Positions 1 to 13,623 of a DNA stretch of 64,000 bases are shown here, one piece after another. The notes below the pieces were generated by a model that searched no databases, was not told the origin of the DNA, and was given only the letters and a program-made list of their open reading frames with translations. The stretch spans positions 1 to 64,000 of the forward strand of contig NW_026925447.1 of the NCBI RefSeq assembly GCF_032062105.1, read 5' to 3'. Positions within the stretch are counted from its first letter, which is position 1, and each line of letters opens with the position of its first letter. The stretch comes from Saccostrea cucullata. Taxonomy: Eukaryota. Position numbers and translations under genes: made by a program.

Positions 1-265
1 ATATTGGTTTGTTTGTAATGGATTTTTTTTTTTTTTTTTTTTTGGTCATTTTACATGTGTCACAAAGTAAATTTTACAAAATTTACTTTAAAATGTAACA
101 ATTTAATTTTATGAAAAACAATGTTTTTAATGCCTGTTTTTAACATATGTCGAAAATTATTTATCAGTCAATTACAGTGTAATATTTAAACAGTAAAAGG
201 GAATTTGCCACTCAATATTTATTTAAGGAATTGGTGTCAATCCTCTAATCCTCTACATCAAAGAG

Positions 266-540
266 TATAACCCGTGGGGATCCGGGCTAGAATAGGTCCT
301 CAGTACCCCCTTACTTGTCGTAAAAGGCGACTAAATGGGGCGGTCCTTCGGATGAGACCGTATAAACCGACGTCCCGTATCGCAGTAGGTGCTGGCACGA
401 TAATGATCCCTCCCTGCTCAATGGCCCTGAGTGCCGAGCATAGGCCCAAATTTGCAGCCCTTCACCGGCAATGGTGACGTCTCCATATCAGTGAAATATT
501 CTGGAGAGGGACGTTAAACAGTATACAATCAATCAATCAA
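266..540 (+). mobile_element. SINE with V-type central domain and (AATC)n tail, non-tRNA head
   Basis: 14-bp TSD TCTACATCAAAGAG at 252-265 and 541-554. Body GGTCCTTCGGATGAGACC...GGGACGTTAAACA...CAATCAATC is shared with the copy at 43728-44080. Confidence 0.85.
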
Positions 541-2330
541 TCTACATCAAAGAGCGTACGACTTGTATTTGTGATAATTGCGTAAATGTGTTAATTGGAG
601 TTTGAGAGGGTTAGTTTTAGATCCACCGTGGACTATCCCGGACGTGAATATTAGATGTAATGGACATTCCGTCACCAACAAAAATATAGTTTTACTCTGT
701 ACTATTCCGAGTTACCAAAACGTTTGTGTGTGTCCGTGTGTGAGCGTTACAACTCGTCTCTGTTTTATGTGACTTCTCTTCATTTATTTTTCAAAATGTA
801 AACTTTTACTTTTTACTGCTCGACTTTCATTTAATATATTTTCATCACAATTTCACTTGTGTTACATGTATACTTTTGCTGCGTTATTACCACAGTAGAA
901 CCGCCGTTCGTTTTCGACATGAGATTATATAGACACTTTTTATATAATCATCTAGTTTCAACCAGATTATGCGAATTTTTTTCTTCTTTCTTTGTTTCTC
1001 CATAGTTATTGACTTATACGACCCACCTTTTCCACAACTTCCATCCACTCTGATAACAGTTGGCACTCTGAAAACACACTCGTTGATTTGATAAACCATA
1101 AAATTTAGGAATGAAAAATTAATTTACTGCAATAATGTACATGTAGTAGAGGGTTTGTCATTTTAAACTCAAAACATTTCGATATTCATTTTACAGGCGA
1201 TATAAACTTTTTTTTTCTTCACACTAGAGATTGTAGTGTTACATGTACCCGAGAGATGATTATTACGTGATTCGCAATGATTTCTGTTTGTGCACCCTGG
1301 TATGACATCGATAATCGTTAAAGTATTAAAGCTTAATATATTATTCGATTTAAGATTTTATCATATTTATATCCACTCAACTATCACAGTGTAGGTGTTT
1401 GTCCAGATGGGCATGCAACTTAAGATGATTCACTCGGAGAGATGACATGACAAGACGCTGAGGTAGTGCAGGGTTTACGGTATTTAAACTTTTAGAGCTA
1501 ATTTCAATATACCTAAAGAATTGCGCTGTTTGTGACTTGCTAACGCTTTGCTTGTCGAGAGGTTTAAATACTACGTCACATTGTCACCACATCAAAGGAA
1601 GTAGCCGAAATTGCGTCTCTCCCATGCTAAAATCGGTAGGTAGCAACACACATCGCCGACGTTAAACGGTTTACAAAGGGGGACAGACAGCACAAATGTT
1701 ATTTAACAGTTAAAAAGGAGCATTATTAATAATATATGAATTTTAAGAGTCCATGATTGAAGCCGAGGTGATAAATTTATTTTTTATTGCATTTACTATT
1801 TGTGTATATTTATATGACGCAATTTATATATTGTATTCCCTAACGCAAGCGAAAGGGAAAAATGGAGCTGTAGAGACGAGACGGTTGTTCCTTGTTACAG
1901 CAGCTGTCTTGAGATACACTGTGTTGGTAAAGGGACGCCTATATTTTCAGCCGTATATACCCTCGATATCATCACATTTACATGTTTGCTGATTAAAGCG
2001 CAATTCATGATAAGTATGACAAGCTAATTCAGAGAATCCGTGTCCCCAGCTTAGGAAAAAAGTCGGATCCCCCTGACTGAATTTGTAGAATTATTAAATG
2101 TATACATGTATACTGAAGCAAATAAAATACATGTATGTCAATATGCCTATTAAGATTTGATTGCTTATTCTTTATTATGTGAATAGAAGATTCTTTTTAT
2201 ATGGAATATTTATCAAAATGATGATTTTATGAGTTTGTACAAGCAAGACTTAATAAATTTTTCATTCCACATGCTGAATACTTTAGTAGTCTATCATTTA
2301 GTAAAATAAAGTATTTCGCAAAAAAAGTAA

Positions 2331-2402
2331 GCGGATCGTCCGGAATTCGAACCCGGGACCTCTCACATGTGAAGCCAGAGACATACCACTAGACCATGGA
2401 AC
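2331..2402 (-). pseudogene. tRNA-derived sequence (Val-like), probably a pseudogene or repeat head
   Basis: Minus strand has A-box TGGTCTAGTGG, B-box GGTTCGAATTCC, anticodon-like TTCACAT and a downstream T-run. Acceptor stem pairs poorly. Confidence 0.55.
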
Positions 2403-2639
2403 TGCTTTACACTGGTGAAATTATATGCAAATATGAAGTCACATGTATACATTTATATATTAAGGTTCGATATTGTCAAAATTTTACACAATGCATTGTG
2501 TCTGATTCAACCGTTATTAAACAGTTTAAATGTAATAAGAATATATATAGTCCGCCGAGAACCTGTTTTATATGCAATATCTCTCCTCATCCCCTGCGCT
2601 AAAAATAGCGACATGTAATACAAAAAATACTATAAAACA

Positions 2640-3150
2640 AACGGAGCGGGACACTTTGAGAGGAGTGAGAGAGATCCTGGGGAATTTTGATATAAAATTA
2701 CATTGCAAAAGCTCAAAATCCTCTTGAATTATCGCATGGAAAGGATACTTTTACACAAAATGCATGATTTACGACATTGAACTTTGACCTTTTGACCTCA
2801 AAATAAATAGGAGTCTCTCTTAGGCCACAGGGAGTCGTTCTGTAAACTATCATTGCAAAAGCTCAAAGGGTTCTCGAGATATCGCGCGGAAAGGAAAGTG
2901 TTTTAACAGACAGAATTTGCGAATTTATGATTATGAACTTTGACGTCTTCACCTCAAAATCAATATGGTTCTTTTTTAGCCCATATGGAGTTTATATGCC
3001 AAATTTCTTTACAAAAGCTCAAAAGGTTCTCGAGATATCTTGTGGAAGCGAAAGCGTTACAGACAGACAGAATGACGGACGAACGGACAGTTGGACAGAC
3101 GGACAGACCCAAATTAATATCTCTCATTTTTCAAGCAGGGGACAAAAATG
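2640..3150 (-). mobile_element. Non-autonomous Helentron/HINE-like fragment
   Basis: Degenerate internal repeats (CATTGCAAAAGCTCAAA, TTGACCTTTTGACCTC), a GACA/GACG microsatellite, and a GGGGACAAAAA end complementary to the start of the element at 61660. Confidence 0.5.
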
Positions 3151-3949
3151 GACATAAATTGGCACCCTTACATATATGAATTTTATTTAATTTTCTGCCG
3201 ATGCGTTTAAAAAAACAAACACACCTTGTAAAACGGAAGCTACATTTTTAAAATAACAACCAGCGATTGTGGCAGTATTCAAGAAAGTCAATTCAACATC
3301 TTTTTCTTCCTCTTCTGTTTTTGTTTTCATTTTATAAATAAAATAAATGACTAGTCGTCCTCTGTCAAATAACTTGGAATTTCTCGGGATCGAAATTCCG
3401 AGAACAGAGAAATTAAGATAATTAGATATTAATTTACGTCGAATGTACAGTTCAATTTTGGAAAATTTATCAATATTCTCCATAATGTCACTGTATACAT
3501 ATGCGAAGTGTGTTGAAAAAGTGTGCAAACTAATTGAATCACTTCCAAAAAAACAATTGAATTCATTGTGAAAATTTTCAAAGTCGTCATCTTGAATTTT
3601 ATTGGGCAACTGCAATTATTCTGCCTATGCGCGGATCACGTGATATACGCGGTCACGTAACATGCTCCTCAGCGTTCTGTCACAGAGGCTTAATTTTTTT
3701 CAAACTCTTATTTTTCGTAAGTTACCATGCGCATTTTTTTTGCAAATACAATTCATTTGCCAGAAATGGCCTAATCTCTGCAAAAGTATGGGTGGATACT
3801 AATATTGAAAATAGATTGAAAATATTGAACTAGAATGAGCATGGTAACAGTCAAATCCCAACCCTTTTCTCTTTTGAGCGTCATTTATTTCATGTGTGTA
3901 ATGTATGGGTGCCTTCACTGTATCATATTTGATATGTTTAACGTCTTAA

Positions 3950-4722
3950 AGGTACTTGGACACAGATTTGAAGTTAATATTTTCTCATTTTTTTCTGTAT
4001 AATTTCACGAATTATATATTTTAATAGCATTTCACACAAAAATTAATTAAAACTCTTCTTTTAAAAGATATTAAAACTTTAATTTTTTTGGCGGGTTTGA
4101 TTGACACATCCTGGCACATTCACAAATTTTAACTTTATTCTTAATCTTTAGGAAAAGTGGCAATTTTGATATGTTTTAATGAGAAATATTAAAACTTTTA
4201 TCAAGAAAAATAATTTTATTCAGAGTAGAAATGTTAGAAAGCAAAACACCTTCACAAGTATCGTCATTCCGAACTAAGAGATGCGTACAGAGTTTAGCAA
4301 ATCGAGCACACTCGTGTTATGTACTCAGTTTTTGTAAACAGGGCTCGAGTTCTATTATTGCTTATATTTAGAATTCACCGGGTGCGTTCAATCGTCACAG
4401 TCTGCTTAACACAACTGCACGGACTGACAGTATATTATGTGTTTGTTTTGCTTTCGAACGTGTCTACTCTGAATGTTCTGGATTATAGTATTAATATTTT
4501 TCATTTATACAAAACGAGATTGCCACTTTTCCTAAGGATTAAGAATAAAATTAAATTTGTGAGATCGCAAGGATATGTCAATCAAACCCGCTGAAAATTT
4601 TGAAATTTCAATATCTTTTAAACGAAATAAGATTTTTAATTAATTTTTGTGTGAAGTGCTATTAAAATATGTAAGTCGTAATATTATAGAGAAAATAACT
4701 TCAAATCTGTGTCCAAGTACCT
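3950..4722. mobile_element. TIR MITE with TTAA target (Kolobok-like)
   Basis: TIR AGGTACTTGGACACAGATTTGAAGTTA extends into ~250-bp imperfect inverted arms. TTAA at 3946-3949 and 4723-4726. Purine-purine termini. Confidence 0.85.
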
Positions 4723-4726
4723 TTAA

Positions 4727-5187
4727 AGCTGAACACGACTCGTAAATAGCTATAGGCATACGCCATTTTTTGATAGCATTATCTATGATACATCAATACT
4801 AGGGTATACTCGTCGCATTCGTTACACCTGACTGCTTTATTGTCGCAGGTATTGGCGTTGAATGGCGACCCGTGTTCGTGCTGGTTATTTTGCATTACCT
4901 TTGTTTATATTTATTGCAGTTACGTTTATCTATATTGTTTGTATACTGCACTGACTTGTGTACCTATAATTGTAAATTTACTTGGTATCTTACTTCCCTG
5001 CATTAGACGAAGTATTACGTTATTATTGTCGCTACAAAGTCCTGTATAGCATACGTCCGTCTACACCGGTGTCGACTGATTAAACTGAACAGTCTCTAAT
5101 TCTTGCCCTATTTATTGGGGTCTGCAGGGTAGCGAGTCTCGAGAACTAAAATGGAGGACACAATACTTTTACGAATCGTGTTCAGCT
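4727..5187. mobile_element. Second TTAA-target MITE (Kolobok-like), abutting the first
   Basis: TIR AGCTGAACACGA(C/T)TCGTAAA. TTAA at 4723-4726 and 5188-5191. Confidence 0.8.
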
Positions 5188-6476
5188 TTAAGTAAACGAT
5201 ATTTTAGAAACATGATAACTACATTATTGTAAAGATATTCATCTTTTTTTTCTAACTGCAAGTTGGCGATCTTTCGTATCAAATTGCTTAACAAATGAAA
5301 CTTCTCTTTTGCGGTTTCCTTTTACTGGGCAACAGAACAAACAGCATTTTTAAACACCTCCATTCCTTCCCTTAAACAATCAATCCAATCAATGGCAAAA
5401 CTTCTGGCAAGATTTTTGTCTTCATAAACAATGTACAAATTATTATGAGCTTCTGAAAAGGAATTTTGAGGATATACGTTATACTTTACAGCCGTTCATT
5501 TCTCGAATACGACTGAGTCAACCAATTTTCGTTACTAGTGATCTACCTTATGACCTTAATTTCACCTTGTGACGTAAGAAACATGGAGCAAAACGTCCCA
5601 TAACGTATGCAGTGTATATAACAAGTGTATGACTCTATTTGTGTCAAATTTCATTTTGATCTGAATTGTGGCTTTGTAAATATAAAGATCGCAAAGTTTT
5701 TGATCACCCCTCGAACATTATGTACAGTGTATAGGTATCGATCGCCGAAATAACAAAAATGATCCACTTCACAATTTAATTACTGTATTGGAATATACAA
5801 GGGGGGGGGGGGTTTACTGGAGGTGTGATTAATGTGGGGTCTGATTCACGCATTAGTGCATAAAAGCAAACCCAGAAAGCGAACGCCGGGTTTGCTCCAG
5901 CAAACCAAGAGCTGACATAAGCAAACGTGGCGCAAACCCAAGACGCACCTAGAGCTGTCCCGAAATTTCTGAAAGCAAACCCGAAGCGGACTCAGATCGA
6001 ACCCGGGAAGCAAACCTGCTTAAATATTTTTTTTAGAATTTTGTGGCCACCGAATGCATAGTGTTTCACAACACACACTTTGTTTAGTTATTTTTATTAG
6101 TAGCTAGTAAATACATGACATGTACTATTATATAGTACTAAGCAACATTGATATAAATTTTCCAATACATAAAATTACATACAAATGTGCGCGCAAGTAA
6201 CTCTTGTGAAAGAGAAGATAAATATTTGTAAGAAGAGTATTTCCAAATATAATCTAGTAAACATACTACTTTATCGAGTAGAACATTTAATTGAGAAAAT
6301 ATCCTGTTAACTATCTCCCGTAAACTTTACAACAATATCAAGTGCCTTATAACAATAGAATTGTCGTGGTTGTAATCCCGAAATGCTGTGCATCCACAAA
6401 TCAGAAAGGAACAAAAAAAAAAAAGAAAATAAACAGACATCCTAACGATATAAATGTTATAATAAAGACGCTAAGG

Positions 6477-7557
6477 TCATGGTCTGTTCAATTGTTCTCT
6501 AAACTGCAATGCATCACGTAAGTCTAATTCTCTTTCTAACGGGAAACCAAATGGGGCTCTTCGAGGGATTCCGGGGAAACTGGATGAACTAATTCGCTTT
6601 AGCTTGCACCATCGACACAATAAACTCGAATCAATGTTTCGATCAGTCATCGAGAATTTCATTAATCTATTTTCAGCTCTTGAAATTACTCTCTTTGGTG
6701 GATACAAAAACTGGTTTTCTTCAAAAATAAACAACGAAAATTTGCCGTCTAATGAGATTCTTTTCCAGATTATTGCAAACTCACCATTGTTGTACCTTGC
6801 CACTCTACAACTGATTTTATTTCCATCAGTCTTAAGATCTGTAAACACAACAATCATATCAGACTTTGTACTTTCCTCTCGAATTATATCACCTTCCTTT
6901 ATGTTTTTGTAATTTGTTTGCGTTATTGCCTCTCTCTGAGTGTGTTCATAATATAATCGCCGAAGAAAGCAACTTTTGCACAGCATCCTTCTCTTAAATA
7001 ATTTTTCAGCAGACTCTGATTTAGATTTTTCGAATATCTTGTTCTTGAAATATTCACTTTGTGTACTATAGTGTTCACAAGTTACACACCAGCGAGCAAA
7101 GTGTTCACAGTTATTTAACAATAAATTGTAGTTCCATTGTTCGGGTCCGTCTGGAGTTTGGCAACTTTCCATTAATCCTTTTGCTCTTTTAATTGTATTT
7201 TCGGGAATAATTTGGAGTCCATTATATTTAATAATACTTATGTTGTTATTTGTAAAATCAACTCTATTATCTGTGATTTTTATTTCTGCTTTAGGTAGGT
7301 CCCCAATTTTAGTTGTACGGTCTGGCGCAATCAATGTTAAAAGTGCTTTATGTACATTATGTTCATTGCCATCTGGGACCACATTAAGGACAATGGCATG
7401 ATGATCATAAAGCCCGTACCTGGCGAATTTTATGTGGTCACCTTTTTTAATCTGATCCCTTCTTTTCACAGGAATCGCAGTCACACATTCAATGCAATGC
7501 GAGCTATAATTGTCTAAGCAAGGACAATCATGTTGGTCTCTTTGAATTAAAGGCATT
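6477..7557 (-). CDS. LRAT/PLAAT (HRASLS)-like permuted NlpC/P60 acyltransferase/phospholipase-family protein; final large coding exon
   Basis: 359-aa ORF with GDHIKF..LYDHHAIV (H-box) and YNLLLNNCEHFARWC (NC motif). Polypyrimidine tract plus CAG acceptor at 7558-7560, just upstream of the ATG (7556), so upstream exon(s) probably exist. Confidence 0.88.
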
Positions 7558-8787
7558 CTGAAAAAAAAATGATTTTAATTATTTTTTCCTATTTCAAAAA
7601 TTTGCAGCTTGTATACAATTAAACATATTTAAGACTCGATCATTAAAATCTCTAAAAATGGAGAGAAAGCCGAGGTTCAAATGATTATGTTTCACTTGAT
7701 ATTACTGTAACAAAAATGTGATATGTAATGCGCAAATTTTTTTAAAGCATGAAATTAATTTGAGAATCATATGGAGATTAAAATTTACTCCTTAGTGGAA
7801 AAACTTGCTTTCAAAATTGCTGATAATATTCTCATCAAAAACATTAAAGGATAATAATTTTGATGCACAAGTCAACTTTGTCCACATGCACCACAGGCAC
7901 TTAAAGTGTGGATCAATACTCCCCTTAATTAAAAAATAATGTAAGAGTGAAAGACATCTAAAGATTTTTTTTTACAAAAGGTCCCAAACACATCCATTTG
8001 TCGTTATATGAAAGCATATTGTAAATTTTCTCAACTGAAAAGAAAGGCCTTTAACTGTTTAATAGAAATACAGAAGGTAAGAAAAAAAGTTATTGTTTTT
8101 TCTGCTTCGAGACAGATTTTTAAGGTAATGGCAGTATTGCCTATCATAATTTTGACAAGAACTCTGTCATGGAGATGTTCTTCTACTGGTTTCTTTAACC
8201 TTTCTGTATAAATTTATTCATATTACAAAAACCTATGAATTTGTTTTCCAAAAATGAGATATCAGATATTTAAAACGATTTTGAGTTAGAACTTGGTAAT
8301 ATCTTCCATTTAGAACGATTTTTGATTAAACATATGATATTTTATAAAATTTCAAGTCTGAAATCTGAAACCTGAGTAAACGTCATCCTTACCACCATTA
8401 TCAGTGTTTGATTTGCCGTAGTCGGGGGATTTATTTATTAGATACAGAAAAACGTTCTCCATTGATAGCTTTGGAGTCGAATATATTTTAATAATTCGCT
8501 TATCTGATTTGTTAACTGTGGTACAATTTAAATTCTAAACAAATTAAAATTTATATTTGTAAGATATTATGTACTTTAACATTTATTTAATAAGAAAGGA
8601 GGGGGGGGGTATTGGTCCACACTTCAGGTGCAAGCGCAGGAACATGGGGTATAAACCTCTCTGTCAATTTTGCTTTCTCTAAATTATTGATCAATTGTTT
8701 CCAAGCTTTTTCCCTTATATGCACTTTTTATTTAAAATCTATCAGTATCGACGGGTACTTCTTCATGGTGCGTGTAGTGGAAGGCCA

Positions 8788-8917
8788 NNNNNNNNNNNNN
8801 NNNNNNNNNNNNNNNNNNNNNNNNNNNNNNNNNNNNNNNNNNNNNNNNNNNNNNNNNNNNNNNNNNNNNNNNNNNNNNNNNNNNNNNNNNNNNNNNNNNN
8901 NNNNNNNNNNNNNNNNN
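8788..8917. other. Assembly gap (130 N)
   Basis: Run of N. Confidence 1.
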
Positions 8918-9537
8918 GATATGAGTCCGCCCATGACAAAAGTTTTTTTATGAATGGTAACCTAAACCAGAGAAAAATGTCATAAAACGTCTTATTATAC
9001 CTTTAATATGTGTTTCTATACAAATGTATGCGAAAAAAGTCTAACATTTATAATATATTTCCTGATTGAGCATGCAAAATAAATGTTGGACCGACGAGTG
9101 AGATGTTTGACGACTCAGATGTTGGACTGCGTATGTCACACAATAAACCTCAATATAATTTTCATTCTGCGGTGTCGTACCTGGGGTTACATCACGGACA
9201 AAAGTTCGAAATACATGTACTTGTATATCCAAAAAATTAAAATCAAAAGTATAGTAAGACATTTAAAAACTACGTTCTCGAGCAAAATGCTTTTGTTGAT
9301 CCTCTAAACTATGTCTTCGTTCTAACAGCCTCAGGCAGACAGTTCGATTCTTGTGTCCAACAAAACGCATTTTGCCCTTGAACTCAAACAATAAATCTGT
9401 AATGTTGCAGACAATGATTGTCGACAAAGAATTTTTATCCACGTGTTTTTGTCTTTTGAAATTGTACTTATTCTGAACATTGATATGCTACTTCTTTGTT
9501 ATACAAAAAGCCTAAAAGGATTTTCTTTATTTGTATT

Positions 9538-11213
9538 AACAAAAAGCCTGCGGGCCTTATAGGTCACCTGAGCACCATGTCATAATTTTCAACCCATTTA
9601 ATTTGGTTCGTGTTTTAAACCAGAGGCCATGGTATTCACAATTTTGAAAGAGGCACCATTGCTCGTCAAAATATTCACTCTTGTTTAGTGTAGTTTGTTT
9701 TTCCCATAGAAGAAGTAAAGGAACAAAAAGTGAGTGGTATATTATAAGTAATATTCAGCAATGACCTGTAGGGTCCGACCCCGGGGGAATCCCTGACCAT
9801 GAGTTTACATATATCAAAGTTTTCCAAATGTCAATTATGCCCATGTAAATATTTAATCAATTCATTTTCAGTATACAATAAGAGTCTTTTAAAGTTGATA
9901 TGAAGTTAGTTATTCGGCTCTGTGGGTATTCAATTGAAAACAACTTATTGACTGTGGCCTACATGTATGCCGTATGGCACATGGGGGAGGGGTTTATCGA
10001 TTTGATGTGTGTCGGGTAGGTCACATGGAGGAACACATTAGCAATATGACGTTTGTAAACAACATAATATTAGTTGATACAGCATTCTTCTCAACCAATA
10101 ACTTTTTGCGATTTTTATCTGAAGCAAGATAATGCCTATATACGAAATACACGAAATTTACAACTCGGGATTCTGGTAGAATGGTTGTTCATCATGCAGC
10201 TGTAGCTATGTACTAGTAGGTTTTTTTTGCTTTATATCCCCGAGCAGAGGAAGACATTGACTTGGCTTAATGTATTGCCACTATTTCTACATTCCCCAAA
10301 CCTACCACCAGAACACATGAACCTGCAGCCATGAAATACATGATTTAATGTGCACCCTTTCTCATCTCAACAATGTGCATGCATCATATATCTTTAATTT
10401 ATTCAATATTCAACATAAAAAAATAAATTTTCAAAGAAGAAAATTGATGCAATTTCAATATAAAATGTATAAAGCCACATCTTAAGATCAGTATCACTTA
10501 CACTGGGACCATGGAATTCATAAAGTCAAAGCAGCACCCTTCGTCGTCATAACTATGTACCAAGGTGTTAGTTTGTTTAATACCAAGGAGCAGACAAGAA
10601 TTTTTTCTAAGAATTAATGCATTTTTATCATTATAATCAATAGAACCCAACCTTAACACCAGAACACCATATTTTGGGACCATTACATTTTTAATTTTCA
10701 AAGAGGCGCCTTTCATCAACATAACTGTACATTAAGTCTGTTTGTTTAATATCCATGAGCAGAGAAGATTTTTAAAGAAGTAATGCATTTTCACTATACA
10801 GGAAATAATTTATTATTCCCACCTTTAGCTGGCACAGGAACACCTGACCTTAGGGAAATTAATTTCACGATTTTTGTAGAGGACTTAATGATTATAACAA
10901 TCGTGTAATTAATTTGACTGCTAGATGTGAAGAAGTAAAAAAAAGGCTTTTTTTAAGGATAACACCAATCTTCGTGTTTTGCCCATTTCCTCATGGTGCC
11001 TTTTAAAAAGGGGAGAAACTATGAAATTCAAAACTACGCTTCCCTTCATTTATTGTTGCTTTATGACATGTTGGTTAAATTTGATTGAGTGGTTACAGAT
11101 GAGAAACTGAAAATGTACAATCAACACATACATGTACAACGCACGACAATGGACAAAAAAAGAGAGCAAAAAACCACCTGCCTTTATGTATAATTACTGA
11201 GATGAACTTGAAA
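9538..11213 (-). mobile_element. Degenerate Helentron/HINE-like element with satellite-like internal repeats
   Basis: Terminal GCCTGCGGGCCTTATAGGTCACCTGAG. Repeated AGAAGATTTTTAAAGAAGTAATGCATTTT-type units. GACAATGGACAAAAA near the other end. Boundaries approximate. Confidence 0.5.
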
Positions 11214-12759
11214 TATGTTATATGCAAATTAAGTAAAACATGTTTGTTTGAATTGTTATTTTAATTTGTTTCAATAAATGCCTATATTTGTACCAACTAA
11301 GCTTATTTTTTCTTAAAAAGAAAAAAAAAATACAGAATGAATAATAGACTCCTGACGTTGGTTGAATAAGAAAATGTAATCCGATATGTGCTTTATACAA
11401 ATAACTATGTGTAGTGTTATCACGGGCATTGAATTTCGGGATTTTGACGACAGACACGGCAGTATGAAAAGATGCATTATGTTCTGTCCATAAGAGTCAA
11501 CAATTTTTGTATCAAATTGGGAGAACAAAACATTTATCAGAAAACTTTTAAAAGGTATTTATATACTACTCAACAGTTTATAAATTTGCTATAATTATTC
11601 AAAAATAAGATGATATAACATCTGTTTTCCCTCAATTAGCCTAGTGTAATTCTATCAAAACTGTCTATTTTTGATAGATATTTCAAAAATGAATTGATAC
11701 ACAAATGATGTTTTCATGACTGGTTTGTTACTAATGATAATACTTACACAAAAATAATATTTCGATCCAATCCTTCTTCTATTTCACTTTTCGTGTCACC
11801 TTTTATCCTTCTTAATACACTCAACCAAGTAACGAAAAGGTAAAAGCTACTGCCTTATATTCTGCATGGATAGGTAACATATGATACTTTCGGGTTAATA
11901 CTGGCAATGTGATGAGAAAAATTCGGTATAAACTTTAAAGTAAGAACTTAAGATTCTTAAAGATTAAATCATGTGTGTATTTTAACGTCATTAAAATAGT
12001 TTATAAAACAGGTTTCTTCACAGCAAAGGAAATACGAACCAAGCTACAAACTACAACTTATTAAGAAAAAAAAATATTTTTTTTTTACAACTTTAAATCT
12101 GTTCATTTCGATATCAAATTACCATATTGATCAGGTGGCAGTAGCATATATTTATCATATATTTCAAATTATTTGCTTCTGTACAAGTGTAAAACACACT
12201 CCTTATTCATTATATGTTATGTACATAAACGATTGTCACTAAATTTACCCGAAAAAGTTATTAATGTGAATGGATCAAAGTATTATTAGTGTAAAAATAC
12301 ACTTAACAAACTTCTGTGTTCACTCTAACAAATGTATTTATTGAAAAAGTACATGATAAAATGGTATATTTTCAAATTATTAGGACCAATGAGTCTTCTT
12401 AACTATTGTTGAAAGAAAATCAATAATCATCTATGAAAATCAATGTCACGTGGCGAACATTTAAAGCAACAAATCTGTATTAAATTTTTGGAGCCTGTTT
12501 GTGTAGTTAGTTACTTTTGGGACCATGCTTAGATTTTTAAAATTTGATACAACTAAAAAACAGAAAACATGGGCAAAATGGCCATTGAGGGAAGAGGGAG
12601 AACAGTTGTAATTCATCCTTACGACATGTTTTATTTACTTTTACTGTAGTGTTAATTTGTCACTGATATTAATTCCAAAAATAAACAAAATGTATAAAAA
12701 GTCATTAAACACATTTTTTTCTATAGGATTTGCGTCATTGTGTATCGTAAAGTCATTAT

Positions 12760-13325
12760 ACACTTATTTGATGACTACGAGGTAAACAGTCAAAATGTTG
12801 TCCCGAGGTAGTGGGGGAGACCTGGGAAACTGTTGCCCGAGGCCGAAGGCCGAGGGCAACAGTTTCCCAGGTCTCCCCCACTACCGAGGGACAACAGTTT
12901 GACTGTTTCACCGAGTAGTCATTAAATAAGTGTTTTATTACCTAAACTACTATATAATTAATTAAATTGGAAAAAAAAACACAATCAATAAAACGTTTTC
13001 ACCACTGTTTATTCACATACTTGTCTATTACTTAGCTGAACACATAATATAAAGATTAAATTAAAATTTTTAATTTAAAGTAATACTTAATAAATGGATT
13101 GTTTGTGTGATTTATTTAAATTTGTTTAATTATAGAGCAGGTAAATAGTGATGTCGTGATCATCAAAACGCTTGAATATCACGATGACGCTTTAAACAGT
13201 CAACAGTTCATTCTGTGGGCCAGTCAACAGTTCACTGTTTCATGATCACGCAAAAACATAAAGTAAACCGTGAAACAGTTCAAAATGCTTAATTATAATT
13301 TATATAGTAGGTTAGGTAATAACAC
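12760..13325. mobile_element. Long-palindrome non-autonomous element (Crypton-like architecture)
   Basis: ~80-bp-arm hairpin 12760-12933 centred on CGAGGCCGAAGGCCGAG, followed by a second inverted pair (12930-12956 / 13301-13325). Confidence 0.65.
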
Positions 13326-13572
13326 AATTTGAAAGCTTTGAACATTTTCTTTTCAAACCAGAAGTGTCAAATCCAGTTTGAAAGATTGTAATACATGTCC
13401 CTAAACCACTTCAGAAACATTTCAATTAGAGCCTTCAGTGGTATTAAAATGGCACCAAATTGGTGCATATAGCAGTCCATTATCATCCCAAACCGCCTGA
13501 CAAATCCATAGAGATGTATACTAATGTACAAGACAAACAAGGAAGGTCAGTATGTTAATAAAAAGCATCTGT

Positions 13573-13623
13573 TTGATGGGCTGGCCTGTCAAATCCACAG
13601 ATTTGAAGCCCATTGAACATGGG
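13573..13623 (+). pseudogene. Tc1 (DD34E-type) transposase relic
   Basis: Translates LMGWPVKSTDLKPIEH, matching the WPxxSPDLNPIE motif. Confidence 0.55.

Noticed and set aside
2331-2402. Functional tRNA-Val gene
   Set aside because: The acceptor and anticodon stems pair poorly; only the A/B boxes and T arm are convincing.
3187-3615. 142-aa minus-strand ORF
   Set aside because: Non-ATG start, AT-rich repeat-like context and no motif recognised.
6604-6912. 102-aa plus-strand ORF
   Set aside because: It is the antisense shadow of the LRAT-like exon.
8612-8985. ORFs spanning the N run
   Set aside because: They are artefacts of the assembly gap.
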